DNA of 64,000 nt from Octopus vulgaris (lineage: Eukaryota), in contig OX597818.1 of the NCBI GenBank assembly GCA_951406725.2, forward strand, positions 50,778,001 through 50,842,000, in the 5' to 3' direction. Numbering within the stretch: position 1 is the stretch's first letter; every line of letters starts with the position of its first letter. Below, piece by piece: positions 12,172 to 25,990 of this stretch. The position numbers and the translations under genes are program-made. Below the pieces are notes generated by a model that did not search any database, had not been told where the DNA came from, and worked only from the letters and a program-made list of their open reading frames with translations.

Positions 12172-12486
12172 TATCACCGTGATCACCGTGACCGACCAGG
12201 CTATCAGCTGTTGCTACACATCGCTGGTCACAATGCACTCCGCATTGTTTTAGCCTTCAAATGATGCTGCCCCGCTGGCTAAGCGAGCAGACCAACAGAA
12301 GAAAGAGTGACAGACAGTTGTGGCGAAAGAGGACAGCAGGGTTCGCCACCACCACCCTGCCGGAGCCTCGTGGAGCTTTAGGTGTTTTCGCTCAATGAAC
12401 ACTCACAACGCCCGGTTTGGGAATCGAAACCGCGATCCTACGACCGCGAGTCCGCTGCCCTAACCACTGGGCCGTTGCGCCTTCAC
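12172..12486 (-). mobile_element. OR-like SINE, tail type c ending (CACGGTGAT)2
   Basis: Same head as 2109, unrelated tail. Confidence 0.85.
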
Positions 12487-12777
12487 AAGGAGCTTATATG
12501 ATATATTAAATTGGAAAAAGCTCTGTCAATACACTGGTATTAAAAGCTTATCGGATTTATGAATCGTAACGTGAAAACTTACTGAGAGATAACAGACTCG
12601 CTGGATACGAAACTGGAGTTGAAAACTTCCATAATATCTATAAAGAAATAAGCTGTCAAGTGTCGTTAACAGAGAATTCTACATTTGTATCTAGCTTTCT
12701 TTCCAGAAAAGTTTGATGCGGCAACTGATGCTTTGAAAAATGATGTCAACAATATAGTAATGAAACAAACGCAACAA

Positions 12778-13221
12778 GGCGCAGGAGTGGCTGTGTGGTA
12801 AGTAGTTTGCTTACGAACCACATGGTTCTGGGTTCAGTCCCACTGCGTGGCATTTCGGGCAAGTGTCTTCTACTATAGCCTCGAGCCGACCAAAGCCTTG
12901 TGAGTAGATTTGGTAGACGGAAACTGAAAGAAGCCCGTCGTATGTATATGTATGTATATATGTGTGTGTGTGAGTGTGTGTGTGTGTGTGTGTATGTTTG
13001 TGTGTTTGTGTTTGTCCCCCCCCCCCCCCCAGCATCACTTGACAACCGATGCTGGTGTGTTTACGTCCCCGTAACTTAGTGGTTCGGCAAAAGATGACCG
13101 ATAGAATAAGTACTTGGCTTACAAAGAATATGTCCTGGGGTCGATTTGCTCGACTAAAGGCGGTGCTCCATCATGGCCGCACTCAAATGACTGAAACTAG
13201 TAAAAGGGAGTAACAGAGAGT
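12778..13221 (+). mobile_element. CORE-type SINE, full length
   Basis: Full family match. TSD AAACGCAaCAA / AAACGCAcCAA. Confidence 0.92.
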
Positions 13222-13712
13222 AAAACGCACCAAATCAGGGATCGAGAAATGAAGGGTGATTGTGAACCATTGTTGGCTTTATATCACAGACAGGACGGTG
13301 TAGTGTAACCTTGAGCAAGCTGCTTCATTTTCTTTCAGTCTACTCGCTGTATTTCATCTCAAATGAAATTATTAGTTTACAAACCAGCGTATTTGTTAAT
13401 GATAAAAATAGCTTCGTTTCCGAAACTTTATTACATGGAAACAACGAAACGAATACGGAATGAACACAGCGTTCTGCAAAGATGCATAATGATGCATAGA
13501 TATTATATACACTTGCGTACGTATGTACATACGTGTGTGTGCGTGCGTGTATACATACAATAGAGTGTGAATGTAGCATAGATACACGTATGATTCTACG
13601 CTCCTGCTAACGTTGGACTTCAATGAAAACTAAACCGTGAAATAAAGTAGTTTATTTCAGTATTCAATGTTCTGTTCTGTAAACCCATCTAGCTGCAAAA
13701 AACATGTTGCTG

Positions 13713-14241
13713 TCTTCTTCTTCTTCTTCTTCTTCTTCTTCTTCTTCTTCTTCTTCTTCTTCTTCCAATCAGGACTCACGCCATTAGCCACAAAGAATAT
13801 TCTCTAATTCGAGACTACTCTAAGCTACTAAGAATGCGTGCGGCAACTTGAAGATCCACCCACCACACGCGATAGACTGGCGGTTGCACGGGCGCGAAAG
13901 CTACGTTGTTATCCTCATTCCGTAAACGGTGGCTTTTAACGGGTGGAGAGCCGAACCATCCTGGGGTACAGAGGATTCGCAATCTAGACTAAGTCTGAAA
14001 GTTTAACACACCATAGTGGGTTACACTATGGTTCCTCTGCTTTGTGTCAGAAGTATGAAGAAAGAGTGAGAGAAAGTTGTGGGGAAAGAGTACAGCGGGG
14101 TTCACCACCCACTCCGCCGGAGTGTCGTGGAGCTTTAGGTGTTTTTGCTCAATAAACTCACAATGCCCAGTCTGGGAATCGAAACTGCGTTCTTACGACC
14201 GCAAGTCCGCTGCCCTAACCCCTGGGCCATTGCGCCTCCAC
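13713..14241 (-). mobile_element. OR-like SINE, long tail type d ending (GAA)n
   Basis: Head at 14060-14241, about 300 bp of GC-richer tail, (CTT)n at 13713-13765. Confidence 0.75.
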
Positions 14242-14404
14242 TGAAGCAGTCGTCGAAACCGAAGGCGGATTCCTATTACAGTCTTAGATGAAAGCTTATC
14301 GAGAACATATGCACAAATTTTTATTAAAGTACATCTGGTCTTGACTAGATTAGAATTGTTTTATTAAATTACTCAATATGACCGAATATATCTCTCCTAC
14401 CCTG

Positions 14405-14440
<36 letters not shown>

Positions 14441-15112
14441 TGATAATGTTTCGAATGGTTAACCAAGAAACTAAGAGGTCACTGCCAGAGAAGCAGCGTA
14501 TATAAAACCGAATTGCTTGATTACAGTTATTGTTCAATTTAGAACAATCGTGTGCTGCTTCATTAATCTAGTCATTATGTCTCAATCATTATATTTGAAG
14601 CAAATATATGCAAACATATCTTCTCTTTAACATATCTTCCCTATCTTGATGTTTCGTAGTTGATGACTTACCCTCCTGCTGTTGTCGTACATATGAGCTT
14701 TTGATTGTTGGCAAAAGGCAATCCCATAGGGCTGTTAATACATCTGATGCTACAACTGTTGGTTCTGATGTTGCTATGCGTTTCTACATCTGTCAAAAAC
14801 AAAGCATACCAGACAATTCGTTGCAGTTTTAAATATATAAATTCGGCTTTCAAATAAACCACGTTTGCGAGATTTTGTTGCATCGACTATCAGATTTCTT
14901 CAATCAGGAGAGAATAGCAGATTCAATCATATATATCTATGCTTATGTGTGTGTATACAAAGATACATACAAACATATGTACATACATGCATACGCACGC
15001 ACGCACCCCATATGTGCATATATATATATATATATTTATGTGTGTGTGTGATTGTGTATATATATTTACAGACGCTAATGCATGCATATTGATATAGGTT
15101 TGTGCACCTATG

Positions 15113-15153
<41 letters not shown>

Positions 15154-15206
15154 ATGCATGTATGTATATATATATTCCATACATACATACATATATATAT
15201 AATATA

Positions 15207-15248
<42 letters not shown>

Positions 15249-15975
15249 CATATGGCCTAACATAAAGTCTTTATGCATAGGAATCTGCGTAAAGTTAATA
15301 TCTCCATAATAATGAAACAGATGTTATCAAATATAAAAGGCCTGCTGAAAACAGAAATACCACTACGACTCAGTGATGCAATAAAATATCCGTTATATAA
15401 AACCAGTGTATCAGAAATGATTTGTGTCATTAATAGTTATAGGTAAATGCTAGTGAGATTGAAAGTCTCCTCTGTGAGATAGTATCTCAGAGAGGGGGAA
15501 AAAACACTATTGTAATATTCACAAGATCGATTCTTATAAACTGAATTGAGAATGTTAGGGGAATAATATTCGTTCACTCATATAAACTGAATTGAGAATG
15601 TTATGAGAATATTATCCGTTCACTCTTGCGTGAATATAAACTTAAAGAGATCCCGTTCTGATATCCGTTCAATGTTTCTTTTAAACTCTCGGAGCGTACA
15701 CCTAAAATGTAGAGCCGCTGGATTTTAAAAAATGAAGCTTAATCTAAAAATCTTTTTAGAAACCAGATACCTAGTACGTATTTTCTTGTCTCTAAATATC
15801 CAATATTATACTGTTTTATTACACTCAAATTTCAAGATTAATAAGTTCAACAAATGCATGGGTCCAATGAGTTTCATGTAAGGAAAGAAATCTTTAAATT
15901 TTCACCTTCTTTGAGTTCATGAATTTGCTCTTAGAAAAATATATACTGGCTCATCACCTGAATTCATTCGGATTT

Positions 15976-15995
15976 TCTTCTTCTTATTCTTCTTC

Positions 15996-16069
<74 letters not shown>

Positions 16070-16184
16070 ATTATTATTATTATTATTATAATTATTATTA
16101 TTATTATTATTATTATCATTATTATCATTATTATTATTATTGTTATTATTATTATTATTATCATGATTATTATTATTATTGTTG

Positions 16185-16216
<32 letters not shown>

Positions 16217-16229
16217 GGTGGTGGTGGTG
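15976..16229. repeat. Compound trinucleotide repeat (TTC)-(TTA)n-(TTG)n-(TGG)n
   Basis: Read directly. Confidence 0.95.
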
Positions 16230-17244
16230 TTTCTATCTGGCACTCCATTATAATATGTCTAGATAAAGGTAAAATTTATTCAACTTTCAAACATCATAAA
16301 CAAAAGCTGTAGCGTAAGAATAAAGCTACAAAAACGTAAAAATCTACGATAAAAACATTTCTCGTTTTTATTCAAATAACATTGAGAAAGAAAAAAAAAC
16401 AAATTGTTAAAGAAATGAACGAATTTAGCTGATAAACCCCAAAACAATATATTATGTATTCACACACAGAACTTTCGTGTGTTAAAATGAAGAGCTTTCG
16501 TGGTTGGTGTTGTTGCACTTATCCGCTTCACAAATGGAAAGGTACGACTATGATATATCTGTTCTCTCTCCCGTTAGATGCAAGGCAATATAGTCTGGTG
16601 TCGATCAGTTGTTTGAAGAATCTGTAGAAATCTCCAGATTCTTTCTTTGTGAACATAAAAGCTTTCAATAAAGACTCGACAACTTAATACGAAATCAAAA
16701 TTTCTTAAATAGAACGAAGAATGCGTTATATAGTGCTAATAAAAGTTAACTGTCATAATTTACGCAAGCTATTATATTGACAATTAAATCAGGAATATAA
16801 CTGGGTCCATAGAATAACACAGAATGGATTCTTTCGTTTTAGGGTCCATGGCAATTTGCAATAACATTTTATTAGAAAAAGTTTTACTTCCTATTGAAAA
16901 ATCCCAATTCGGTGATTAGCAATGTGTGCGTGAAATCTTGTATGGGACAACAATATCAAACTAAACGTAATAAATCTTGGGGGAACGGGAAATGCTTGTG
17001 ACAGTATATATCAGTTCCATCTAGGAACAATAAAAGCAGAATAAATTCGAAGTCGAAAGGTTGTATGGCGTTAGACGGTTCGTTCGCTTCTTTTGGAAAT
17101 TCCACCAAACAGAAAATGAGATTATGCGAAAGGTTGTTGAAATATTTCCAATTCTGAAGACAAGATGGAACGATAAATTAGAGATTCTCTCCTCTAAACA
17201 AATACAGTCATACATAAACAAATACACAGCCCTACATATATATA

Positions 17245-17314
<70 letters not shown>

Positions 17315-17329
17315 GATATATATATATAT

Positions 17330-17382
<53 letters not shown>

Positions 17383-17759
17383 TATATACATATATATACA
17401 TATATATATACATATATATATACATACATATCTACCTGACTGCCTATCTACATACATACATACATACATACATACATACATGAGACACAAAGACAATAAT
17501 GGAATGTGTGAGAATGTTCTACATAGCCTAATAAATCCGATGACTAGTGTTAAGTTTTGTAGCGTTAAGGAGACAAAATTTGGAATGATATAATCAATTG
17601 AAGAAACACCAAGGCAAAACAGATAAGGCTTCCAAAAGATGTGGAATCAGTTTACAATACTCAAGAGATTTAAGGTAGAAAAAACTAAATGTAGAGTGTT
17701 CGGCACATGAACAAACGCATACACGTAAAGACTAAAGACACACACTCACACATCCAGAA

Positions 17760-17790
<31 letters not shown>

Positions 17791-17892
17791 AACACACATA
17801 CGCGCGCGCAAAATGCATACAGAAGATATTAATTCAGAAACCATGAGACGATACGTCAGTATTCGGTCAATCCTCAATAGCATGCGATACAT

Positions 17893-18205
17893 TCTTTTCC
17901 ACTCTAGGTACAAAACCCAAAATTCTTAGGGAAGGGTGCAATCGATTAGATCGACACCAGTACGCAACTGGTACTTAATTTATCGCCCCTGAAAGGATGA
18001 AAGGCAAAGTCGACCTCGGCGGAATTTGAACTCAGAACGTAACGGCAGACGAAATACCTATTTCTTTACTACCCACAAGGGGCTAAACACAGAGAGGACA
18101 AACAAGGACAGACAAACGGATTAAGTCGATTATGTCGACCCCAATGCGTAACTGGTACTTAATTTATCAACCCCGAAAGGATGAAAGGCAAAGCTGACCT
18201 CGGCG
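17893..18205 (-). mobile_element. 5'-truncated Nin/Deu SINE dimer with an alternative terminal tail
   Basis: Same GAAATAC|CTATTTC junction at ~18052-18065 as in the other multimers. Confidence 0.85.
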
Positions 18206-18613
18206 AAACAATATACAATATATCACAATTCTGTCTTTCTCCTTCTGCTCTTCCCTCTTTCTCCCTCTTTCTCTCCTTCAATATACACACATATACACAC
18301 ACGGACGCACGCAAACACATATATGCATAATGCATACATACACACACGTGCAGTCACCCACTTTTTTTTATATGTATGTATGTTTGTAAGTATCTGTGTG
18401 CATGGAGGCACAAAGCACATGATAAAATCCTGCGCAGTCACATCTCTTCACAGCAAGAAACTATTAGTTGTTCCTATCTTTATATTGTGTACATTAAATG
18501 ACATTTATCTCTCACAATATGGAGTGTTCTTTTGTTGATCTTGCGTTAATGGAACAACAAACTATGTATGTCTGTATGCATATCTATCTATCTATCTTTA
18601 TATATAGATACAT

Positions 18614-18697
<84 letters not shown>

Positions 18698-18730
18698 ATC
18701 TATATATGTATATATATATGTATATATATT

Positions 18731-18765
<35 letters not shown>

Positions 18766-18772
18766 GTATGTA

Positions 18773-18838
<66 letters not shown>

Positions 18839-19097
18839 CATATACATAGATACACAGATACATCCATATGTGTGTGTGTGTGTATAACATGTATGTTATT
18901 AGATGGAGGTAAAAACAATTTTACAATAAATTGAAGGTTATTTCATATTTCTTGCACAATATATATTCATAACACTTTTACAAGAGGGGTGACAATGACT
19001 TTTATAAGTTTCGGCTTTTTGGCCTCCACCACCACTCCTCTTGTAATATAATATTATTTATACACACACACACACACACATAGATATATATATATCC

Positions 19098-19144
<47 letters not shown>

Positions 19145-19147
<3 letters not shown>

Positions 19148-19400
19148 CGTAATGAGATGAAAGACCAAGGCTGTGTAGATTTTAGGACATTTAAAATGTT
19201 CTAAAATCTCCACAGCCTTGGGGTTTTTTTTTTATCTCATTACGGAAAAATTATTTATATACACACTCTGATATATGACCTAAGCTGGACCCCTTATTCG
19301 CATAATCACCGAACCTGGAACTTAACTATGGTCTATCCATAGCACTTAGTCAGCATTACCTGACACCTTTGGGTCTCACTGACACCACTACCTCTCATAA
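19145..19400. mobile_element. PLE-derived fold-back island in (TA)n; same family as 57445-57840
   Basis: Arms TTCCGTAATGAGAT..CCAAGGCTGTGTAGATTTTAG and its inverse. The unique tail GGAACTTAACTATGGTCT..CACCTTTGGGTCTCA is shared with 57703-57840. Confidence 0.7.
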
Positions 19401-20223
19401 CCTATATTTGTATGTATGTATATACGTGTGTGTGTGAAAAGCCCAAGAAATTGTTTCTGCGAGTGCTTAAATCCCAAACGGCATTCAGTTCCGGTTAATC
19501 TCACCGATAATCTTTGAAAGCCAGACGAATAAACCTAATACCAGGAATGTCTACGGTTCATTAGTCCACAATATATTCTTTAAAAATATTTCTGACTCTT
19601 AAACCAATGTAAGAAACCAATATTATAAAATATTTTAATTTTTTAACATTGAAAAAAGTCACACATTTTAGAGTAACGATTACGTTTGGAGTATCGATTA
19701 TCTTAGAGTATCGAATAATTAGGTCTCAGTATCTGACTGGTACTTATTTTATAAATCCTTGGTGATAGGAAACTTTTTACCCCAGTGAGATATGAACTAA
19801 TAAATGCAAGCGAGACTTTCTGTTGATTCTTCAACTTTCAAGTCGTCATACTGAAGCATAAATATTTATGTATCTTATTCCATCGGTGCGTCCATAAATG
19901 TATGCCTATACGTGTGGGTATCTTCTTGGTTTATATTATATATATATATATACACATATATACATATATACATATATATATAATCTACATATGCATATGT
20001 ATATATATATAAATAAATATATATGTATATATGTATAAATATATATATATATATTACATATGTATATGCATGTATGTATATATGTATATATATATATATA
20101 CATATGTACATATATGTATATATATTATAATATATTCATATATTTATATATATATTTATATATATATACATATATATTATATATATATTATATATGTATA
20201 TATAATATATGCATATATTCATT

Positions 20224-20254
<31 letters not shown>

Positions 20255-20274
20255 CCATATTATATATATACATA

Positions 20275-20329
<55 letters not shown>

Positions 20330-20354
20330 CTGTGTGTCTGTGTTTATATATATT

Positions 20355-20393
<39 letters not shown>

Positions 20394-20425
20394 TATATAT
20401 ATATATGTATGTATATATATATATG

Positions 20426-20479
<54 letters not shown>

Positions 20480-20720
20480 CATACATATGCAAGCAAAATT
20501 GACGCATAAAATGCGAGAACTCATATAAAACCCATATATTCTTTAATGTTAGACTATTCCCGCCAGAGATGCACAAACACAATGATTATATTCATCGTAT
20601 TCATCATATTCATATATTCATATATAAAATTCACTGAGTGACAGCAATGGCTTGGCAAAGACACAGATATTAGCACATTCAGACAAGTATCCATGTAACA
20701 CGGTTTTTAACTTTACGTAT

Positions 20721-20780
<60 letters not shown>

Positions 20781-20976
20781 TCTGTGTGTGTAGTTGTTGT
20801 TGTTATCATTAGATCATAAATCGATACATCAAAATGTGTCATTTCTGTGGAATTATGAAATTGATCCTTATTATTTCACCCATTTCCTTAATTATTCCGA
20901 CTTTATAGCAAAACTTTAGCTCTTTTCCTTATCTAGCATCATTCATATATTCTTATAATTTTCGAATATTATATAC

Positions 20977-21045
<69 letters not shown>

Positions 21046-21436
21046 AGTATGTATGTATGTATGTATGTATGTATGTATGTATGTATGTATGTATGCATGT
21101 ATGAATGTGTTATGTATGTATGTATATTGATGTATGTATGTATGTATGTAAGTATGTATATTGATGTACATGTTTTCAATGCAAAACTTGTTCAGAAACA
21201 CTATACATTCACACATACATACATACATACATACATACATACATACATACATACATACATACATACATGCATACATACTTACATTACAGACGTTGTTACC
21301 TATAATAAATAGCCTTTTTTTATTTGCAATGTGCATTTTCGTTGATTTTTCATATTTTACCTTTACATTTCCACGTGTATTTTATATTTACTTTTCGTAA
21401 CCTATTTCTACTATATATACACATATATATACATAC

Positions 21437-21560
<124 letters not shown>

Positions 21561-21789
21561 TATGCACGCTCATTGAGATCTGTGTCCTCTCAATACTGAG
21601 ATTCCCTGGTCTCTACGATACACACCCTCTCGATTAACGTTACTCCAGAAATCCTACAGAATTACCCTACTAATGGATGTGTAATGGAATGTTGGGAAAT
21701 CTTTCAACATGTCTATTAATGTGATTCCGATGCTAAAAGAAGTGATATAGCAAACGTCTATGGAACTGAAAATTCGTTCGTCAGTGTAG

Positions 21790-22150
21790 TTATGTATGTA
21801 TGCATGTATGTATGTATGTATGTATGTATGTATGTATGTATGTATGTATGTATGTATGTATGTATGTATGCATGCTTGTATGTATGTATGTATGTATGCA
21901 TGCTTGTATGTATGTATGTATGTATGCACGTATGTATGTATGTATGCATGTTTGTATGTAGGTGTGTATGTATGTATGTATGTATGTATGCATGTTTGTA
22001 TGTATGTATGTATGTGTGTATGCATGTATGTATGTATACATGTTTGTATGTATGTGTGTATGTATGTATGTATGCATGCTTGTATGTATGTATGTATGCA
22101 TGCTTGTATGTATGTATGCATGTATGTATGTTTGCATGTATGTATGTATG
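21790..22150. repeat. Degenerate (TATG)n with recurring CATGCTTG/CATGTTTG variants
   Basis: Read directly. Confidence 0.9.
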
Positions 22151-22436
22151 CAATCATAAGTGTATGAGTTTATCTATGCGTAACTTTATGGGTTACGCCT
22201 GTCAATACACGACAGTTTGTTGGTTCAAATGCCATGGACAGTTTTGATCCACAGACACGTGGGCTTTTATCGCCATTTTCACATTTAATCAGTGTCGCAA
22301 AAATTGTAACATGACCAATATTTTGTGTCACAGATAAATTCAACTGACTGGTCTCCTGGCAGTTTCCATCAACCTTATTTCCTTCCACAGACAGGGGGAA
22401 ATCAAACGTTAATGTAAGAGATGCTTACCCAGGATA

Positions 22437-22742
22437 GGCACAGGCATGTTTCTGGGGTTAAGCAGCTCGCTTTGTAACAATTTAGCTTCGGGTTCAGTCC
22501 TATAGCGCGGAATGTGTGTGTATGTGTGTGTGTATGCACGTGCGTGTGTGTGTGTATGTGTCTGTCCGCTCACCACTTGACAACCTATCTTGGTTTGTTT
22601 GACTCCCCATTACTTAGCGGTTCGATAAAGAAAACAGATAGAATGTGAAGCAGACTTTAAAATATTTAGTGAAGTCCATGTATTCGATTAAAACATTCCA
22701 AAGCAGTATCCCAGCATGGCCGCAATCTGAAACAAGTAAAAA
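22437..22742 (+). mobile_element. Old diverged CORE-type SINE
   Basis: Degenerate head and 3' half. Confidence 0.65.
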
Positions 22743-23904
22743 CGATTTTTTTTAAATGACTATACATTATGTTCGAACCCAGATCTTTTAAATTCCGAAG
22801 ATACCTCCTTGATTATTCTGCCATGCTTCCCCCCACCACTACCACACACGCACACACGTACGCACGTGCGTATACATATTTAGAAAGAGACAAAGAGATA
22901 TTAATCAATTTTTTTTTCTCTTTCATATTTTCTAGTAACTACAGCCTAATTAAAAATTTCAGACAATTTTTTTTAATTATTTCAAGAAAAAAAAAATAAT
23001 AATTTATATATGTTTTTCATAAGTGTATATTGCTGAATGAGCTGATAAAAAAAGAGAAGCAAATTAATAGCTAAATATCAAGAGTGTTGTTATGGCTGTA
23101 TGTGTTGTGTTTATGCTATTTTGTGTGGTTGTTATATCAATATTTTTTAAAAATATATTTGAATAACTGTGTCTAATCTATATACTTGTCTGTGTTCACA
23201 CAAGCGATTTATCTCTCTTTATTAAAATACATGTGCCCACACGTGCGCACACATACACATTCACACTCATACACATTCACATACACGTCTGAATATATCA
23301 CATTACAATGTATCGCTTGTTTCTGTTGGTAATTGGTCAGCCGATAAGCCTGGTACATTGTTTAGCACTGAAAACGTAATGAATAGTATATATATTTATT
23401 TGAAAGCCGTCAGTGAATCCATTGTCGTCTTTCTCAGTTTCACACGGGCACACATGCCAAGTGTGTAATTGTAATCTTTTAGGCGATATTGTGGTAATGA
23501 AATCTAGTGAAAAGCTTTCTATCCGTAGGCACTCTTGTATGATCGATTCTTATTGACTAAATCGTATCACGTGGCTGAACTTGCTTTACTCTACAGAATT
23601 CTCTTCTTTCTACTAAACTCCTTATCTACTATGCCAATTGAGCCTAGTTAAATTCAGTCTTGTTAACCGAATTTTATGGACGAGTAACGTTTAAGACATG
23701 TGGCATGCTGCTTCAGGATCTCTAACTTTATCATCAGGCAAAGCTTCTGTTTTATTCCCCGTTAAACTATGGTTTACTTCTATCAGTTCAGTTTTAATGT
23801 CAATTATTCTTTTACGGACAGTATAGCATCCGAGATCAAGTACTATAAACTAATCTCACCACGCACCTAGTTAACCTTGTATCAGTTAAACTCTAACTGA
23901 TGAA

Positions 23905-24420
23905 ATCTGTCCATCGATCCATCCAACCATTTTCGCTGCCCTCTATTCCTGGAAGTGTCATGGGAGTAGAGTCTGCAGGCACCTCTTCCATAGGATTTCT
24001 ATCAGAAACATCCGTCATGAAACTTTCCTGCTAAGTTCCCAAGCGTAACCAGATGAAACTATGGATATCATCCAACATCTCGCCCGTGATTTACTCCTAG
24101 GTCTCCTGAAGATGGGCTCAGCTTAGAAGAATATATCTTGGGATCTTCTCCTGCGACATTCTTAATACATGTCCATGGTACTGGAGATGTGAGCTCTCCT
24201 GGGAGAGAAGTAGCGGTTCGACCTGGAAAGATTTCCTGATCTCCTAGGCATCATCCTGTCGAGTAAAGCTACTCCAGTGTTGTGTAGATGCCCCCAGACG
24301 AGTCTAGACGTCGTAGAGCACAGTTGGGTAGCGGTCAGGAGAGTGAGTCGAGAGTTGAGTAGAAGACATCCGAACGTGTGATATAATATCCAGAGATCCT
24401 TCGCGGGGAATCCTTTTAGT
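23905..24420 (-). pseudogene. RTE-clade LINE 3' end fragment
   Basis: RRISG[insert]VALLDRM..EIRKSFQVEPLLLSQESSHLQYHGHVLRMSQEKIPRYILL..RRPRSKSRAR matches the RTE C-terminus. Confidence 0.8.
24278..24388 (-). mobile_element. 111-bp solo-LTR-like insert
   Basis: 5-bp TSD TCCAG at 24273-24277 and 24389-24393. Ends ACACAACA. Homologous to 63408-63578. Confidence 0.65.
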
Positions 24421-24599
24421 GGGCATGTAGACAGAATGTTGAAAACCATTCTACATGTCCATTAATATGGTTCTGATACTTAAAAAAACAGGCATACCGA
24501 ACAGATATGGCATTAAAACAAAAAGCAACACTTCTAATTGCGATCGCTTTTTTATGATCGCTTCTGAAACGGGGACGAAATAGAAAAACAGGAAAAAAT

Positions 24600-25750
24600 A
24601 TAGCTCGTCATTGACCTCAGAGAAAATCGAAGATTTAGCGATGTGATAACACGAACAAATAAAAAGAACACCACTTCTTTAACCACATAATTATAGACGG
24701 ATAATAAACAAAACAGTGGATTTCCAAGTCAATAAACAATGAAGAACAGCGGCGAGGAATTTCTTATCAGTTCTGATTGAGTCGCCAGCCTTCCTTCGAA
24801 TATATCGAGATATACAATCTCAAATAATCCGACTATATTCACCAGCGTCTGCCAGTATCCAAACAAAAATTGGAAATATTCTATGAAACGATTGCCGAAG
24901 CAATCGGCCATCGCAAAGCCTATAATACAATCATAATGGAAGAGCAAAGCGCCAAGATACGACAAGCAGATGTTTAGTCTTGTTAGGAAGGAGAAACAGT
25001 ATAACTAGAAGGAGAAATGAAAACTAAGAATTCTTAGATATGATAAATAGCATTATCACAAACATTATTTGAAGTTTTGAAGTTATTAACATGTGGTGAT
25101 TACAGAATGGTGAGAGACAAACCTCAAATCGAATTTAGAAAGAAAATACACTACCCTATTACAAGAACAAACAAATAAAGAGAGCTATGCGACTAATTTA
25201 TAATTTCCAACTTCACACAGCCCTTACTGAACAACTGATATAAACAGAAGATATAAATTTTGAACAACAACATAGGAAAAGACTTCGTTAAAAGAGCTCA
25301 AAAATCACGAGAAATGCCACAAGCTGTTTCTGAAAAGCCTTGATCCGATGTAGAAACGAAAACAGTTTCAATCAGTTCAGTTAAGACAGAAGCAACAGAA
25401 CTGAATGAAGAGATAAGAAAGAAATCATGAAAGAACTATTGAATAGAAACGTCAACATAACAGAAAAAGCAATTTAACGATGGAAATGATTTAAATATTC
25501 GGATAAAGAACATTAATAAAAAGTACGGCAAAATAACAACAGTATTAAAAGAAGCTGGAATTATCACAGAATGCAAAAATAGGATTGAAGAAAGAGAATT
25601 GAAGTTCTACCGGAAACTATACAACAGAGACAGAAATAAGTCTTGCAAATCATGGAAGTCATAATGACTGGCCAAGTTACAGAAATTACAGAATAAAATG
25701 CACACAGCACAATCAAACCGTAGAATGGTAGAGCACGAGGATAAGATAGC
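24600..25750 (+). pseudogene. LINE (RTE-like) APE endonuclease and spacer remnant
   Basis: QIIRLYSPASA, LEIFYETIAEAIGHRKAYNTIIMEEQSAKI (cf. GDFNAKIG), TCGDYRMVR (cf. SDHR), KFYRKLYN, NGRARG*D. Confidence 0.7.
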
Positions 25751-25784
25751 TAATTTAAAACAATTCCGATATTAAGAAACCCAA

Positions 25785-25990
25785 AGGCTGCAAGCTGGTA
25801 GAACCGTTAGCATGCCGGACAAAATGCTTAGCAGTAGTTCTTCCAGTTTTACGCTCTCAGTTTCCACCCAGTTCAACTTTGTCATTCTTTAAAGATCGAT
25901 AAAATAAGTACATGTTGAGCACAGGAATCAATGAAATCGATTAACCAAAATCTTAAAACTTCAGGTCTTGTGCCTACAGTGGAAAGGATA
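25785..25990 (+). mobile_element. Old Nin/Deu SINE
   Basis: Diverged family match. Confidence 0.65.

Noticed and set aside
14440-14485. CTGATAA..GAAAC..GTC next to (TA)n
   Set aside because: Core mismatch and no convincing helices; possibly another PLE fragment but unsupported.
16450-16740. Possible mariner remnant on the minus strand
   Set aside because: Motifs are too degraded to support a call.
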